A stretch of 32,000 bases of DNA from Oleispira antarctica RB-8 (GTDB lineage Bacteria; Pseudomonadota; Gammaproteobacteria; Pseudomonadales; Oceanobacteraceae): NCBI GenBank assembly GCA_000967895.1, contig FO203512.1:1293350-1325349 (forward strand), in the 5' to 3' direction. The position numbers were made by a program, and so were the translations under genes. Below, one piece after another: positions 1 to 8,216 of the stretch; the stretch's first letter is position 1; the number at the start of each line of letters is the position of its first letter. Below the pieces are notes generated by a model, which worked only from the letters and a program-made list of their open reading frames with translations, ran no database searches and was not told the DNA's origin.

Positions 1-405
1 GGAGAAACAAAGCCGGGTGATGAGTTTTTGGTCGACTCGTCAGAAAAACAAAGCATCACCGATACGATATATCGTTTAATGGACGGCCTCAATAACCTAG
101 AAGACAATGTAGTCGATTCTGCCACACTGGATAACTTACTAGAAGATACCTTAAACAATCTAGCGTTTGCGCAATCGAGTATTTCACAAGTGCGCAGTGA
201 AGTTGGGGCGCGTTTGAATATTATTGAAAACACTTCAAGCCTAGCCGCAGATATCGATCTGGTCAGTAAGAGCGTCTTGTCTGAATTAAGCGATGTCGAT
301 TTTGCCGAAGCGGTAAGCCGATTGTCGTTGCAGACGTTTTTATTAGAAACCGCACAGCAAAGCTACGCGAAGATTCAAAATTTATCGTTGTTTAATAAAA
401 TATAA
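1..405 (+). CDS. flgL: C-terminal part of flagellar hook-associated protein 3 (FlgL), truncated by the left edge
   Basis: The frame is open to the left edge and reads GETKPGDEFLVDSSEKQSITDTI...; the tail AQSSISQVRSEVGARLNIIENT...LSDVDFAEAVSRLSLQTFLLETAQQSYAKIQNLSLFNKI is typical of the FlgL/flagellin C-terminus. The track's TTG start at 28 is internal. Confidence 0.9.
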   Translation, partial: GETKPGDEFLVDSSEKQSITDTIYRLMDGLNNLEDNVVDSATLDNLLEDTLNNLAFAQSSISQVRSEVGARLNIIENTSSLAADIDLVSKSVLSELSDVDFAEAVSRLSLQTFLLETAQQSYAKIQNLSLFNKI

Positions 406-505
406 CGTTAATAAGCTTAAGCTATTGGTAGGTGTTATTCGGCCTGTGCGGAGAGCTAATTATTAACCATTGATGATTTAAATAAAGAACGCAGTAAAAA
501 ATGAG

Positions 506-540
506 AAAGGCGCTAAAATATTAGATTAGCGCCTTTTTTT
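506..540 (+). terminator. Rho-independent terminator downstream of flgL
   Basis: Perfect 8-bp stem GGCGCTAA (509-516) / TTAGCGCC (526-533) flanked by AAA and followed by a 7-T run (534-540). Confidence 0.85.
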
Positions 541-672
541 ATGTGAAAATTCAACAAATAGAGAGATTTAACGCGCTTATAGTCTTGTTTTTCAGAATAA
601 CCAAATTCAATTATCTTATTAAAACCCTCTGTTCATATTCCAAACTCTACTAAATAAAATCTAAACTATTTC

Positions 673-699
673 TAAAGTAATCCCAAATCGTGTCGTTAA
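673..699 (+). promoter_or_regulatory. Candidate sigma28 (FliA) promoter of fliC
   Basis: TAAAG (673-677), N14, GTCGTTAA (692-699). The spacing matches the TAAAG-N14-GCCGATAA consensus and the -10 matches 6/8; it lies about 65 bp before the fliC ATG. Confidence 0.6.
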
Positions 700-762
700 C
701 CTTATTGAAATAAAGAATTGTCCAGAAACTTGGGCGTTCAAAACTGACAGAGGGTTAACAAA

Positions 763-3396
763 ATGCCACAAATTATTAATACCAACATTGCCTCGTTGAA
801 CGCACAGCGTAACTTGGACAAATCACAGTCTTCAAACCAGCAAGCGCTACAGCGTTTATCATCAGGTCTTCGTATTAACAGTGCGAAAGACGATGCAGCA
901 GGTTTGGCGATTTCTACTCGTTTCACCTCTCAGATCAAAGGTCTGAACGTAGCAGTACGTAACGCAGGTGATGGTATCGCATTAGCACAAACCGCAGAAG
1001 GCGCGTTGGGTTCAATGAACGACAACCTTCAGCGTATTCGTGAACTGTCAGTGCAGTCTGCTAACGCAACCAACTCAGATGTGGATAGAGACGCACTGCA
1101 AGCGGAAGTGGGTCAGCTAGTAGCTGAGATTACACGTACTTCTGAAGAGACTGATTTTAATGGCCGTAAGTTGTTAGATGGTTCTTTCTCTGCTTCTTTC
1201 CAAGTTGGTGCAAACGCTGGGCAAACCATTGATGTTTCGATTGCTGAACTAACGTCTGAGAAGTTAGGTTCTTCTAGCCAAGCGGGTGTTTCTGCTCAGG
1301 GTACAGATCAAAAGCTTGAAAATGGTGATTTAGTTATTAATGGTTCAAATATTAGAGCCTCTGTTTCTGGTGACGATTCATTATCTTTTGCTGATAAAGA
1401 AAAATCAGGGATTGCCAAAGCTGCTGCGATTAATGAATTCTCTGCTGAAACGGGTGTTAGTGCAACGGTAGATGCTAACGTTGTTATTGGTTCCGATATG
1501 GCGACAGGTACTGTAACTGGGAGTGCTAAGGCAGCGGCTAATATTAAACTGAATGGTGTTGAAATCAGTATACAGGGTACATCCAATGCGAATGACTCTG
1601 ATAAATCTGCAACCCGTGGATCTGTTATCGCAGCAATTAATGCCAAAGCTGATCAAACAGGTGTAACCGCATCGGATGGTGGCAATGATGGTGGTGTTAT
1701 TTTAACAGCAGAGGATGGGCGTAACATCACTTTAGAAGGTGTTGTACAGACAGGTGTTACTGACATAACTTCTGATGGTAAAGATTTGTCCGTTTTTGGT
1801 TTATCTGATGAAAATATTGCTGCGGTTACAGCAGAAACTTCTTATGCAGGTTTTACTTTAACGGCAGAGAATGCGAATACAGATATTACTATTAGTGGTG
1901 GTAATAATACTGGCAACGGAAATCTTGAAAATTCTGGTTTGGCGGGTGGTACTTACTCTGCACAAACTGCGGTAACAAGTTCAACAGATATTACTTTAGG
2001 AAAAACAGAGGCTAATACAGTTACCTTTGCTCCAGCGGATGGTACTGGACCAGCAATAACAGCTGCAGCAGAAGCTGCAGGTTTTAATTTTAATTTTGAT
2101 GATCTAGTTACAATTGCAGATTCTGGCACTGCAGATGATGCATTTGCTGCTATTAATACTGCATTTACAGATGCTGGTTTAACAACTCAAATTACTGCAG
2201 CAGCAGGCCCAGGCGGGGTAGCTGTATCACAAGATATGATCGGCACTGCTTTTGCCAGTGCAGCGGCAGAAGCTTCTGGTATTGAGCGTGGAATTCAGGA
2301 CGGTGATATAAAAATCAATGATGTACAAGTATCAGCCTCTAGTTCATTGGATGATACGGCTTCAGATACAACGGCTAATACATCTAAAGCTGAATCATCA
2401 GGTATTGCTATTGCAGCTGCAATCAATAAGTCTTCAGGAGAAACTGGAGTAAGTGCAGCGGTTAATGAAACAGTTGTTGTAGGTGAAGGCGTTACTGGTG
2501 CGTTAACATTTGGTGATGGGACAGGTGCTGTCACGGAAGCTAATGCTGGGGCTACACTAAAATTAACAGTCAATGGTGTTGACGTTAACCTCACGGAAAC
2601 TGGAGATTTTGAGAAAAACAAGGCCGCTGCCATTACTGCAATTAACGAGGTATCTGGTCAAACCGGTGTTATTGCTAGTGATAATGGTGAGTCTTTAACA
2701 CTTACTGCTGCTGATGGAAGAAATTTATCTTTGTATGCAGAATCGTCAACTGATTTCACTGATGGGGTTGCTGCAGGCGTAGCAGGTACATTAGATGGTA
2801 CTGCTGATAAAGGAACGGACTCAGCTTTATTATTAACTAATATTAATAATTTTGGGCTAAGTGATACTTCAGTAGGTTTGAATCAAGGTGATAACCTTGC
2901 AGCTGCAGATAGTGTGATTGCAAATGCCGAGTTAACGTATTCAACAACAGCTGTTACTTCTTACTCAACGGTAACACTGGATTCAGCTTCAGCTTTTGAT
3001 GTGAGTTATGGTAGTAATGGCTCTAAGGGTCTTGATGACTCAGGCTTCGTAGCAGGAGCATTCGGTGGTGGTGAAGATGGTCAAGCCCTTTCTGATCTTG
3101 ATGTTTCAACGGTAGAAGGTGCTAATAAAGCATTGGTAGCCGTTGATAACGCCATTGCCCAGGTTGCTAGTCAGCGAGCCGATTTAGGTGCCGTTCAAAA
3201 CCGTATGGAGTCTACCGTAAGTAACTTGCAAGTGACGTCTGAAAACTTGAACGCGGCAAACTCGCGAATTCAAGATGCCGATTTCGCATCAGAAACTGCA
3301 GAGCTACAGCGTACAAACGTGCTACAGCAGGCCGGTATCTCGGTACTAGCCCAGGCTAACGCATCAGGCCAGCAGGTTCTTTCACTTCTAGGATAA
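763..3396 (+). CDS. fliC: Flagellin, enlarged (877 aa), with expanded repetitive central domain
   Basis: N-terminus [51 protein letters not shown] and C-terminus [64 protein letters not shown] are canonical flagellin D0/D1 sequences. Confidence 0.97.
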   Translation: MPQIINTNIASLNAQRNLDKSQSSNQQALQRLSSGLRINSAKDDAAGLAISTRFTSQIKGLNVAVRNAGDGIALAQTAEGALGSMNDNLQRIRELSVQSANATNSDVDRDALQAEVGQLVAEITRTSEETDFNGRKLLDGSFSASFQVGANAGQTIDVSIAELTSEKLGSSSQAGVSAQGTDQKLENGDLVINGSNIRASVSGDDSLSFADKEKSGIAKAAAINEFSAETGVSATVDANVVIGSDMATGTVTGSAKAAANIKLNGVEISIQGTSNANDSDKSATRGSVIAAINAKADQTGVTASDGGNDGGVILTAEDGRNITLEGVVQTGVTDITSDGKDLSVFGLSDENIAAVTAETSYAGFTLTAENANTDITISGGNNTGNGNLENSGLAGGTYSAQTAVTSSTDITLGKTEANTVTFAPADGTGPAITAAAEAAGFNFNFDDLVTIADSGTADDAFAAINTAFTDAGLTTQITAAAGPGGVAVSQDMIGTAFASAAAEASGIERGIQDGDIKINDVQVSASSSLDDTASDTTANTSKAESSGIAIAAAINKSSGETGVSAAVNETVVVGEGVTGALTFGDGTGAVTEANAGATLKLTVNGVDVNLTETGDFEKNKAAAITAINEVSGQTGVIASDNGESLTLTAADGRNLSLYAESSTDFTDGVAAGVAGTLDGTADKGTDSALLLTNINNFGLSDTSVGLNQGDNLAAADSVIANAELTYSTTAVTSYSTVTLDSASAFDVSYGSNGSKGLDDSGFVAGAFGGGEDGQALSDLDVSTVEGANKALVAVDNAIAQVASQRADLGAVQNRMESTVSNLQVTSENLNAANSRIQDADFASETAELQRTNVLQQAGISVLAQANASGQQVLSLLG
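1321..1770 (+). repeat. Copy 1 of an internal flagellin module (diverged duplication)
   Basis: Encodes [13 protein letters not shown]...[29 protein letters not shown]...KLNGVEIS...[20 protein letters not shown]...[12 protein letters not shown], paralleling 2302-2780. Confidence 0.7.
2302..2780 (+). repeat. Copy 2 of the internal flagellin module
   Basis: Encodes [13 protein letters not shown]...[29 protein letters not shown]...TVNGVDVN...[20 protein letters not shown]...[11 protein letters not shown], paralleling 1321-1770. Confidence 0.7.
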
Positions 3397-3415
3397 GTCG
3401 CAAGACTTATAGAAA

Positions 3416-3450
3416 CTCTCTATAGCGTTAATAACACTATAGAGATGTTT
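3416..3450 (+). terminator. Possible terminator after fliC
   Basis: Perfect 8-bp inverted repeat CTCTATAG (3418-3425) / CTATAGAG (3437-3444), followed by a weak T-rich tract (atgtttcttt). Confidence 0.5.
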
Positions 3451-3547
3451 CTTTCCCAATCGCTTTATAAACTAATATGTATTCATTTAGGTATTAGAAT
3501 TTTGAAGCTAGGGAACTAGGAAAGAATCTTAGCCATTGAGGTGATTT

Positions 3548-3958
3548 ATGATTGATATGAAAGCACATTTAACCGATAGAGTTTCGTTAGTTCAGAAAAA
3601 CGCAACTCCGCTTTCATCATCCGCTGCTAGTGCTTATGGAAAAGAACAAGTTGCAGCAACAGGTAAAATCGAGAGTACGAATGTGAGTGGCAATGGTTTG
3701 CCACAAAATGTAGAAAAGATTGCCGAAGTTAGTAATGAACAGATGAGAGATGCTGTTTCTAAACTAAATGATTATGTGCAATCAACGGAACGCACCCTCG
3801 ATTTTCAAATGGATGAAGATAGCGGTAAAACAGTGATTAAGGTGTTCGATAAGACCTCTTCAGAATTAATTCGTCAGATACCTAACGAATTAGCTTTAGA
3901 GTTGGCGCAAAACTTGAATGATGATGAACCATCGTTATTGTTTAGCGCCCAAGTGTGA
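3548..3958 (+). CDS. flaG: FlaG family flagellar protein
   Basis: C-terminal motif LNDYVQSTERTLDFQMDEDSGKTVIKVFDKTSSELIRQIPNELALELAQNL is typical of FlaG; located between fliC and fliD. Confidence 0.93.
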   Translation: MIDMKAHLTDRVSLVQKNATPLSSSAASAYGKEQVAATGKIESTNVSGNGLPQNVEKIAEVSNEQMRDAVSKLNDYVQSTERTLDFQMDEDSGKTVIKVFDKTSSELIRQIPNELALELAQNLNDDEPSLLFSAQV

Positions 3959-4007
3959 CATTAAGAACTATTCATTAGTACTTTAAGCACTTATTTAAAG
4001 ATTGAGC

Positions 4008-4034
4008 TAAAAATAACCCCAGACTGGCCGATAA
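4008..4034 (+). promoter_or_regulatory. Candidate sigma28 (FliA) promoter of fliD
   Basis: TAAAA (4008-4012), N14, GCCGATAA (4027-4034). Exact consensus -10 and exact consensus spacing; the ATG is at 4099. Confidence 0.7.
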
Positions 4035-4063
4035 GGTTAGTACTGGGGTTTTTGCGTTTAAGC
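4015..4063 (+). terminator. Hairpin terminator downstream of flaG, overlapping the fliD promoter
   Basis: Perfect AACCCCAG (4015-4022) / CTGGGGTT (4053-4060) outer stem plus inner CTGGCC/GGTTAG pairing with wobble, ending in a short T-run. Confidence 0.6.
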
Positions 4064-4098
4064 AATTCCTAATTGCGTTAGAAAGGTGGAGGCATGCT

Positions 4099-7000
4099 AT
4101 GGCTGCTATTGAATCGTTAGGGTTAGGGTCAGGAGTTTTAACCAATGACTTGGTTGAAAAAATCATAGGTGCAACCCGTGAAGCCTCAGACAAACGTTTG
4201 GAGCGCGATGAAACTGTATTGGATGCACGTATTACCGCCTATGGTGAAATTAAATCGCTTGCATCTATCTTGCAGTCTGCGACCAGTGCGCTGTCTTTAC
4301 CCTCTACCGCAGGCTCTACGACGGCCTCATCTTCAGATGAATCGATCTTAACGACTGAAGCATCCATTCTTGCCGAGCCGGGTACTTATAGTGTTGAAGT
4401 CTTAAATACCGCCAAAGCCCACAGTGTAGTAACGGATGCGTATAGCAGTATTGATGAAATTATTGGTGTTGGTGAGATTCAAATCACCTTTGGTGAAATT
4501 ACCTATGACGGCACAGGTGGTTTTTTAAGCCAAGATATTGACCCAACGAAGGGGGGTCCACCGATTACGATTGATGATTCGAATAAAACCTTAAGTGGCA
4601 TTCGAGAAGCGATTAATAATGCCAATATTGGTGCTAAAGCCTCGATTATTAACGACGGTTCAGGTTATCGCTTGGTGATTAGCTCTGAAAATACGGGTGA
4701 AAATAATGCCATGCGTATTATGACCCTTGATGACCTGGGTGGCGTGGCAACAACGGGTCTTTCTTCTATTGCCTATAACGAAGAGCAAAACGGCGCTGGT
4801 ACCATGACGCAAACCGCTAAAGGTGAAGACGCGTTATTAAAAGCCAATGGTCTAACCATTACTCGTGAGTCAAATTCGATTGAAGAAGTTGTGCCGGGTG
4901 TTACTCTCAATTTATTATCAGCTGATGTTGGTAAACCCATTTCTATTGTCGTTGCACCTGATACTGCGGGCATTCAAGAAAAAATCCAAGATTTTGTGAA
5001 TGCGTATAATGAGTTTAAAAAATTCTCAGATGATTTAACGTCATTTAACTCCGATACCGAACAAGCGGGTTTGTTATTAGGGGATTCTACCCTACGTGGC
5101 ATTCAATCACAGGTTCGTTCGATGATCAGCCAGCCAATTGAAGGCTTGAGTGGAAAGTTTCGCTCGTTAACTGAATTGGGTGTGAATACTGATAGAACGA
5201 ATGATTTTTTATTGGACTTTGATCCTGCCGTTTTTTCAAAAGCGATGAAAGAAGATCGTGAATCGATTATTAGTATTTTGGCAAAAAGTGGTACGGCCGA
5301 AGATGCGCAAATTCGTTATGTGAATGACTCGGTTAATACTCAGCCTGGTACTTATGGTGTTGAAGTCACGCAGCTAGCAACACAGGCTATTTATCAGGGT
5401 GGCAGTGTGGCGGGTTTAGATTTTTCTAGCCCAGTAACGATTGACGAAAGTAATAATAATTTCACCTTAAACCTTAACGGCAAGAACGAGCAAATTACGT
5501 TAACGTCGGGCAGCTATGCAACGGGTGACGAATTAGCCAAGCAAATTGGATTTCAGATAAACAGCAATGAAACGTATAAGAAATTTTCTTATGGTGTGAC
5601 GGTTGATTACGATGCTATTGGTAATAACTTTTCTATTACGTCGAATAAATACGGTGAAGATTCTAAAATTTCGTTTACCAGTACCGATTCTAATAGTGCC
5701 AATACGCTAGGGTTCAATACACTGGGTAAGGGACTTTATGAAGGGGTATCACTGACGACCTTAGGCAGTGATACATTTTTAGGTAAGGGTTCTACAACAC
5801 AGCCAGGTAATCGTTCGGTAGCGGAATCTGAAGGTATTAACTTTGCGACGAGTAATGCGACCTTTTCGTTAGATATTGGTGGTGGCGCTATTCCTGTGAC
5901 CGTCAATCTGAATGCTGCGGGCAATGATTTAAACGGCGATAGTGTTATTGGCGATCGTAAGGATACGCTGCAAGCTATTCAAACCGCGATTGATGCCACG
6001 GCACTGAATGGCGATGTGATCGCTGACTTCGACGATAATGGCTTCTTAACATTTACCACGTCGGCGCTGGGCACGGCTCAGCAAATAAATTTAAGCAATG
6101 TAGGCAGTACCAGTAGCGATACAGTATTGGGCTTAAACGGTACACAGGGTGTTCAAACCAATGGTGATGATGCTGGTTTAACGCTTGGGTCTGCCACAGA
6201 ATTTAATATGGCGGTTGACGGTATTGGTACGACAGCGAAAGTTAACGTACCGGCAGGAACCTATTTAACGGGGGCTGATTTAGCCGCCGCCGTTGAGCTA
6301 GCAATGGATACGGCTTTAAGCACTGACGCTGCATTTGCAGGGTTAACCAAAGGTGGCGAGTCGGGTACGGGCAGTCGAGATATTAGTACGGCTATCGACT
6401 TTTCAACCGCTAACGCTGGCTTCATGTTAAATGTTTCTGGGGTTGAAAAAGAGATTGTTGTTAGTGGTAATGACCCTGATAACATCGTTAACATACAAGC
6501 TGCTTTAGATTCTGAATTTGGCGCTGGAATAGTCACTGCAAGCTTAGACGGTACAGGATTAAAACTGGCGTCAGTCGCAACCGGCCATAATGAATATTTA
6601 GAAGTAACATCTGATGGCCGTGGCGCGCAAACTGATACCAGTTCTGCTGTGACTAACATTACCACGGGTATTGATTTTAGTGGTGTCGGTAATAATGCCA
6701 CCTTTACCTTAGCGGTCGATGGCGTTGATATTAACGTTGATGTGAATGCCAATGGCAGCGCAGGCACGAACGATGCGGCTTCTACTTTGACCGTGGTTCA
6801 GCGTGCGTTAGATACGGCATTGCAAGCGAGTGGTCAATTCACGGCAGGTGATGTTATGGCTAAACTGGATAGCGGCGGTAATTTATTCTTTGAAACTCAA
6901 TCTAAAAATGGTGTTAAAACGGCTGCAACCTATGGTTCTGGCGCGAGTATTGAGGTTAAAAATATTGATGCTAACGCCTCGGCTAGTTTAGGATTAGCAG

Positions 7001-8055
7001 CCGGTACGACGTCTAATGGTTATGATACGTTAGGTTTTGATGATACACGCCGCTATGGTTATGACGTCGAAGCGGATGTGAGTTATGTCTATGACGCTGA
7101 AAAAGATCTAGGATCTCTGCAAATTAATGTGGGTGGTAATGCGACTCAGGTTTCGTTTACTGATATTGATCCGGCGGCAATTTCTATTTTAGGTTTGCAG
7201 GATGCAGCAACTTATTCTCCTAAGGTGGCTCAAGGGCAAAACGTTGAAGGCAAAATCAATGGTGTCGAAGCGAAAGGTAATGGTCAGTACCTTTCTGCGA
7301 CGGATGGAAATAAAAAAGCCAGTAACGGTTTCTATATTGCTAATGCTGCGGCTGATTTTTCAGCAGGTGTGAATCTTGATGCAACGAATAATACTTTTAC
7401 TATTAAAGTCGATGGTGTTGAACGTACCATTAGTTTAGCGCAGCCAGCCCCTTATAATACCGGTGAAGGTTTGGCAGCAGCGCTGCAAGCGGCAATCAAT
7501 GAAGATGCTGTTTTTAAAGCCGATAAAATATCGGTGAAGGTAGAATATAACGATGATCCTTCGTCTTTCTCGTATCAAAAATTCGGTATTATCTCGGCTT
7601 CAACGGGAGAAGATTCTTCGGTTGAAATGGTTGATGTTCCTGGGCCTACTTCAGCCATTTTTGGTTTTGTAAATGGTAAGGCTGAAGGTGAAACAGGTAA
7701 AGCTCAGGTAGGGAATATTGATCCTTCGAGTGGTATTCGTATGAAAATTACGGGCGGCGCACTCGGTGATCGCGGTAGCATCACTTATGTATCGGGTTTT
7801 GCTGATCAATTAAATGCTAGCCTGTTATCTATGTTAGATAGTGGTGATGGTTTAATTACGAATAAATTAAATGCATTAGATAACGATAAAGTGCAGCTAG
7901 CTGAAAAAAGAGAGCGTTTAGAAACACGAATGTCAGCGCAAGAAGCTCGGTTAAAAAGTCAGTTTTTATATAACGATGCTCTTGTTTCTAAATTGAATTC
8001 AACAGGTGATTTTATCACCCAGCAATTCGAAGCGATGAATAACTATGGTAAATAG
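4099..8055 (+). CDS. fliD: Flagellar filament cap / hook-associated protein 2 (FliD), very large (1318 aa)
   Basis: N-terminus SLGLGSGVLTNDLVEKII...ETVLDARITAYGEIKSLASILQSA, internal TLSGIREAINNANIGAKASIINDGSGYRLVISSENTGENNAMRI and GKINGVEAKGNGQYLSA, and C-terminus KITGGALGDRGSITYVSGFADQLNASLLSML...RLETRMSAQEARLKSQFLYNDALVSKLNSTGDFITQQFEAM. RBS GGTGGAGG upstream. Confidence 0.96.
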   Translation: MAAIESLGLGSGVLTNDLVEKIIGATREASDKRLERDETVLDARITAYGEIKSLASILQSATSALSLPSTAGSTTASSSDESILTTEASILAEPGTYSVEVLNTAKAHSVVTDAYSSIDEIIGVGEIQITFGEITYDGTGGFLSQDIDPTKGGPPITIDDSNKTLSGIREAINNANIGAKASIINDGSGYRLVISSENTGENNAMRIMTLDDLGGVATTGLSSIAYNEEQNGAGTMTQTAKGEDALLKANGLTITRESNSIEEVVPGVTLNLLSADVGKPISIVVAPDTAGIQEKIQDFVNAYNEFKKFSDDLTSFNSDTEQAGLLLGDSTLRGIQSQVRSMISQPIEGLSGKFRSLTELGVNTDRTNDFLLDFDPAVFSKAMKEDRESIISILAKSGTAEDAQIRYVNDSVNTQPGTYGVEVTQLATQAIYQGGSVAGLDFSSPVTIDESNNNFTLNLNGKNEQITLTSGSYATGDELAKQIGFQINSNETYKKFSYGVTVDYDAIGNNFSITSNKYGEDSKISFTSTDSNSANTLGFNTLGKGLYEGVSLTTLGSDTFLGKGSTTQPGNRSVAESEGINFATSNATFSLDIGGGAIPVTVNLNAAGNDLNGDSVIGDRKDTLQAIQTAIDATALNGDVIADFDDNGFLTFTTSALGTAQQINLSNVGSTSSDTVLGLNGTQGVQTNGDDAGLTLGSATEFNMAVDGIGTTAKVNVPAGTYLTGADLAAAVELAMDTALSTDAAFAGLTKGGESGTGSRDISTAIDFSTANAGFMLNVSGVEKEIVVSGNDPDNIVNIQAALDSEFGAGIVTASLDGTGLKLASVATGHNEYLEVTSDGRGAQTDTSSAVTNITTGIDFSGVGNNATFTLAVDGVDINVDVNANGSAGTNDAASTLTVVQRALDTALQASGQFTAGDVMAKLDSGGNLFFETQSKNGVKTAATYGSGASIEVKNIDANASASLGLAAGTTSNGYDTLGFDDTRRYGYDVEADVSYVYDAEKDLGSLQINVGGNATQVSFTDIDPAAISILGLQDAATYSPKVAQGQNVEGKINGVEAKGNGQYLSATDGNKKASNGFYIANAAADFSAGVNLDATNNTFTIKVDGVERTISLAQPAPYNTGEGLAAALQAAINEDAVFKADKISVKVEYNDDPSSFSYQKFGIISASTGEDSSVEMVDVPGPTSAIFGFVNGKAEGETGKAQVGNIDPSSGIRMKITGGALGDRGSITYVSGFADQLNASLLSMLDSGDGLITNKLNALDNDKVQLAEKRERLETRMSAQEARLKSQFLYNDALVSKLNSTGDFITQQFEAMNNYGK
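5412..7680 (+). repeat. Series of diverged approx. 70-130-aa modules inside FliD
   Basis: Recurring pattern F(S/A)..N..F.L.V.G......(Q)x(A)I.......V..D..G...F.(S/T)...G..S.I...........LG(F/L), seen around 5417-5775, 5827-6150, 6170-6360, 6382-6640, 6655-7035 and 7351-7680. Confidence 0.6.
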
Positions 8056-8126
8056 TTATTCAATACAGTGATGTGTCATTCAACATGGTCATACGTCGTT
8101 ATTTAAAATAACGTATAGTCAGATAA

Positions 8127-8166
8127 TAAAAAGGCCTTTGAAGTAAAAATTCCAAGGCCTTTTTTA
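8127..8166. terminator. Bidirectional terminator between convergent fliD and the methyltransferase gene
   Basis: 12-bp stem with one mismatch, AAGGCCTTTGAA (8131-8142) / TTCCAAGGCCTT (8150-8161), flanked by an A-run on the left and a T-run on the right; usable in both directions. Confidence 0.85.
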
Positions 8167-8216
8167 TGCTGAAATAATTTAGATGTTGTTCCCGTTTTAT
8201 TCTCGTTTTATTAGAT

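Noticed and set aside
1308-1656. Minus-strand ORFs of 83 and 112 aa inside fliC
   Set aside because: Antisense to an unambiguous flagellin frame, low-complexity composition mirroring Ala/Thr-rich coding sequence, no recognisable domain.
2295-2633. Minus-strand 112-aa ORF inside fliC
   Set aside because: Antisense shadow of repetitive flagellin codons; no recognisable motif and no independent context.
4552-4557. G6 homopolymer in fliD as a possible phase-variation tract
   Set aside because: Too short to be a convincing slippage tract and the frame is intact; noted only.
6261-6767. Minus-strand 168-aa ORF inside fliD
   Set aside because: Long antisense open frame, but it lies within conserved-style FliD modules and its translation looks like shadow sequence (Pro/Ser/Val-rich).
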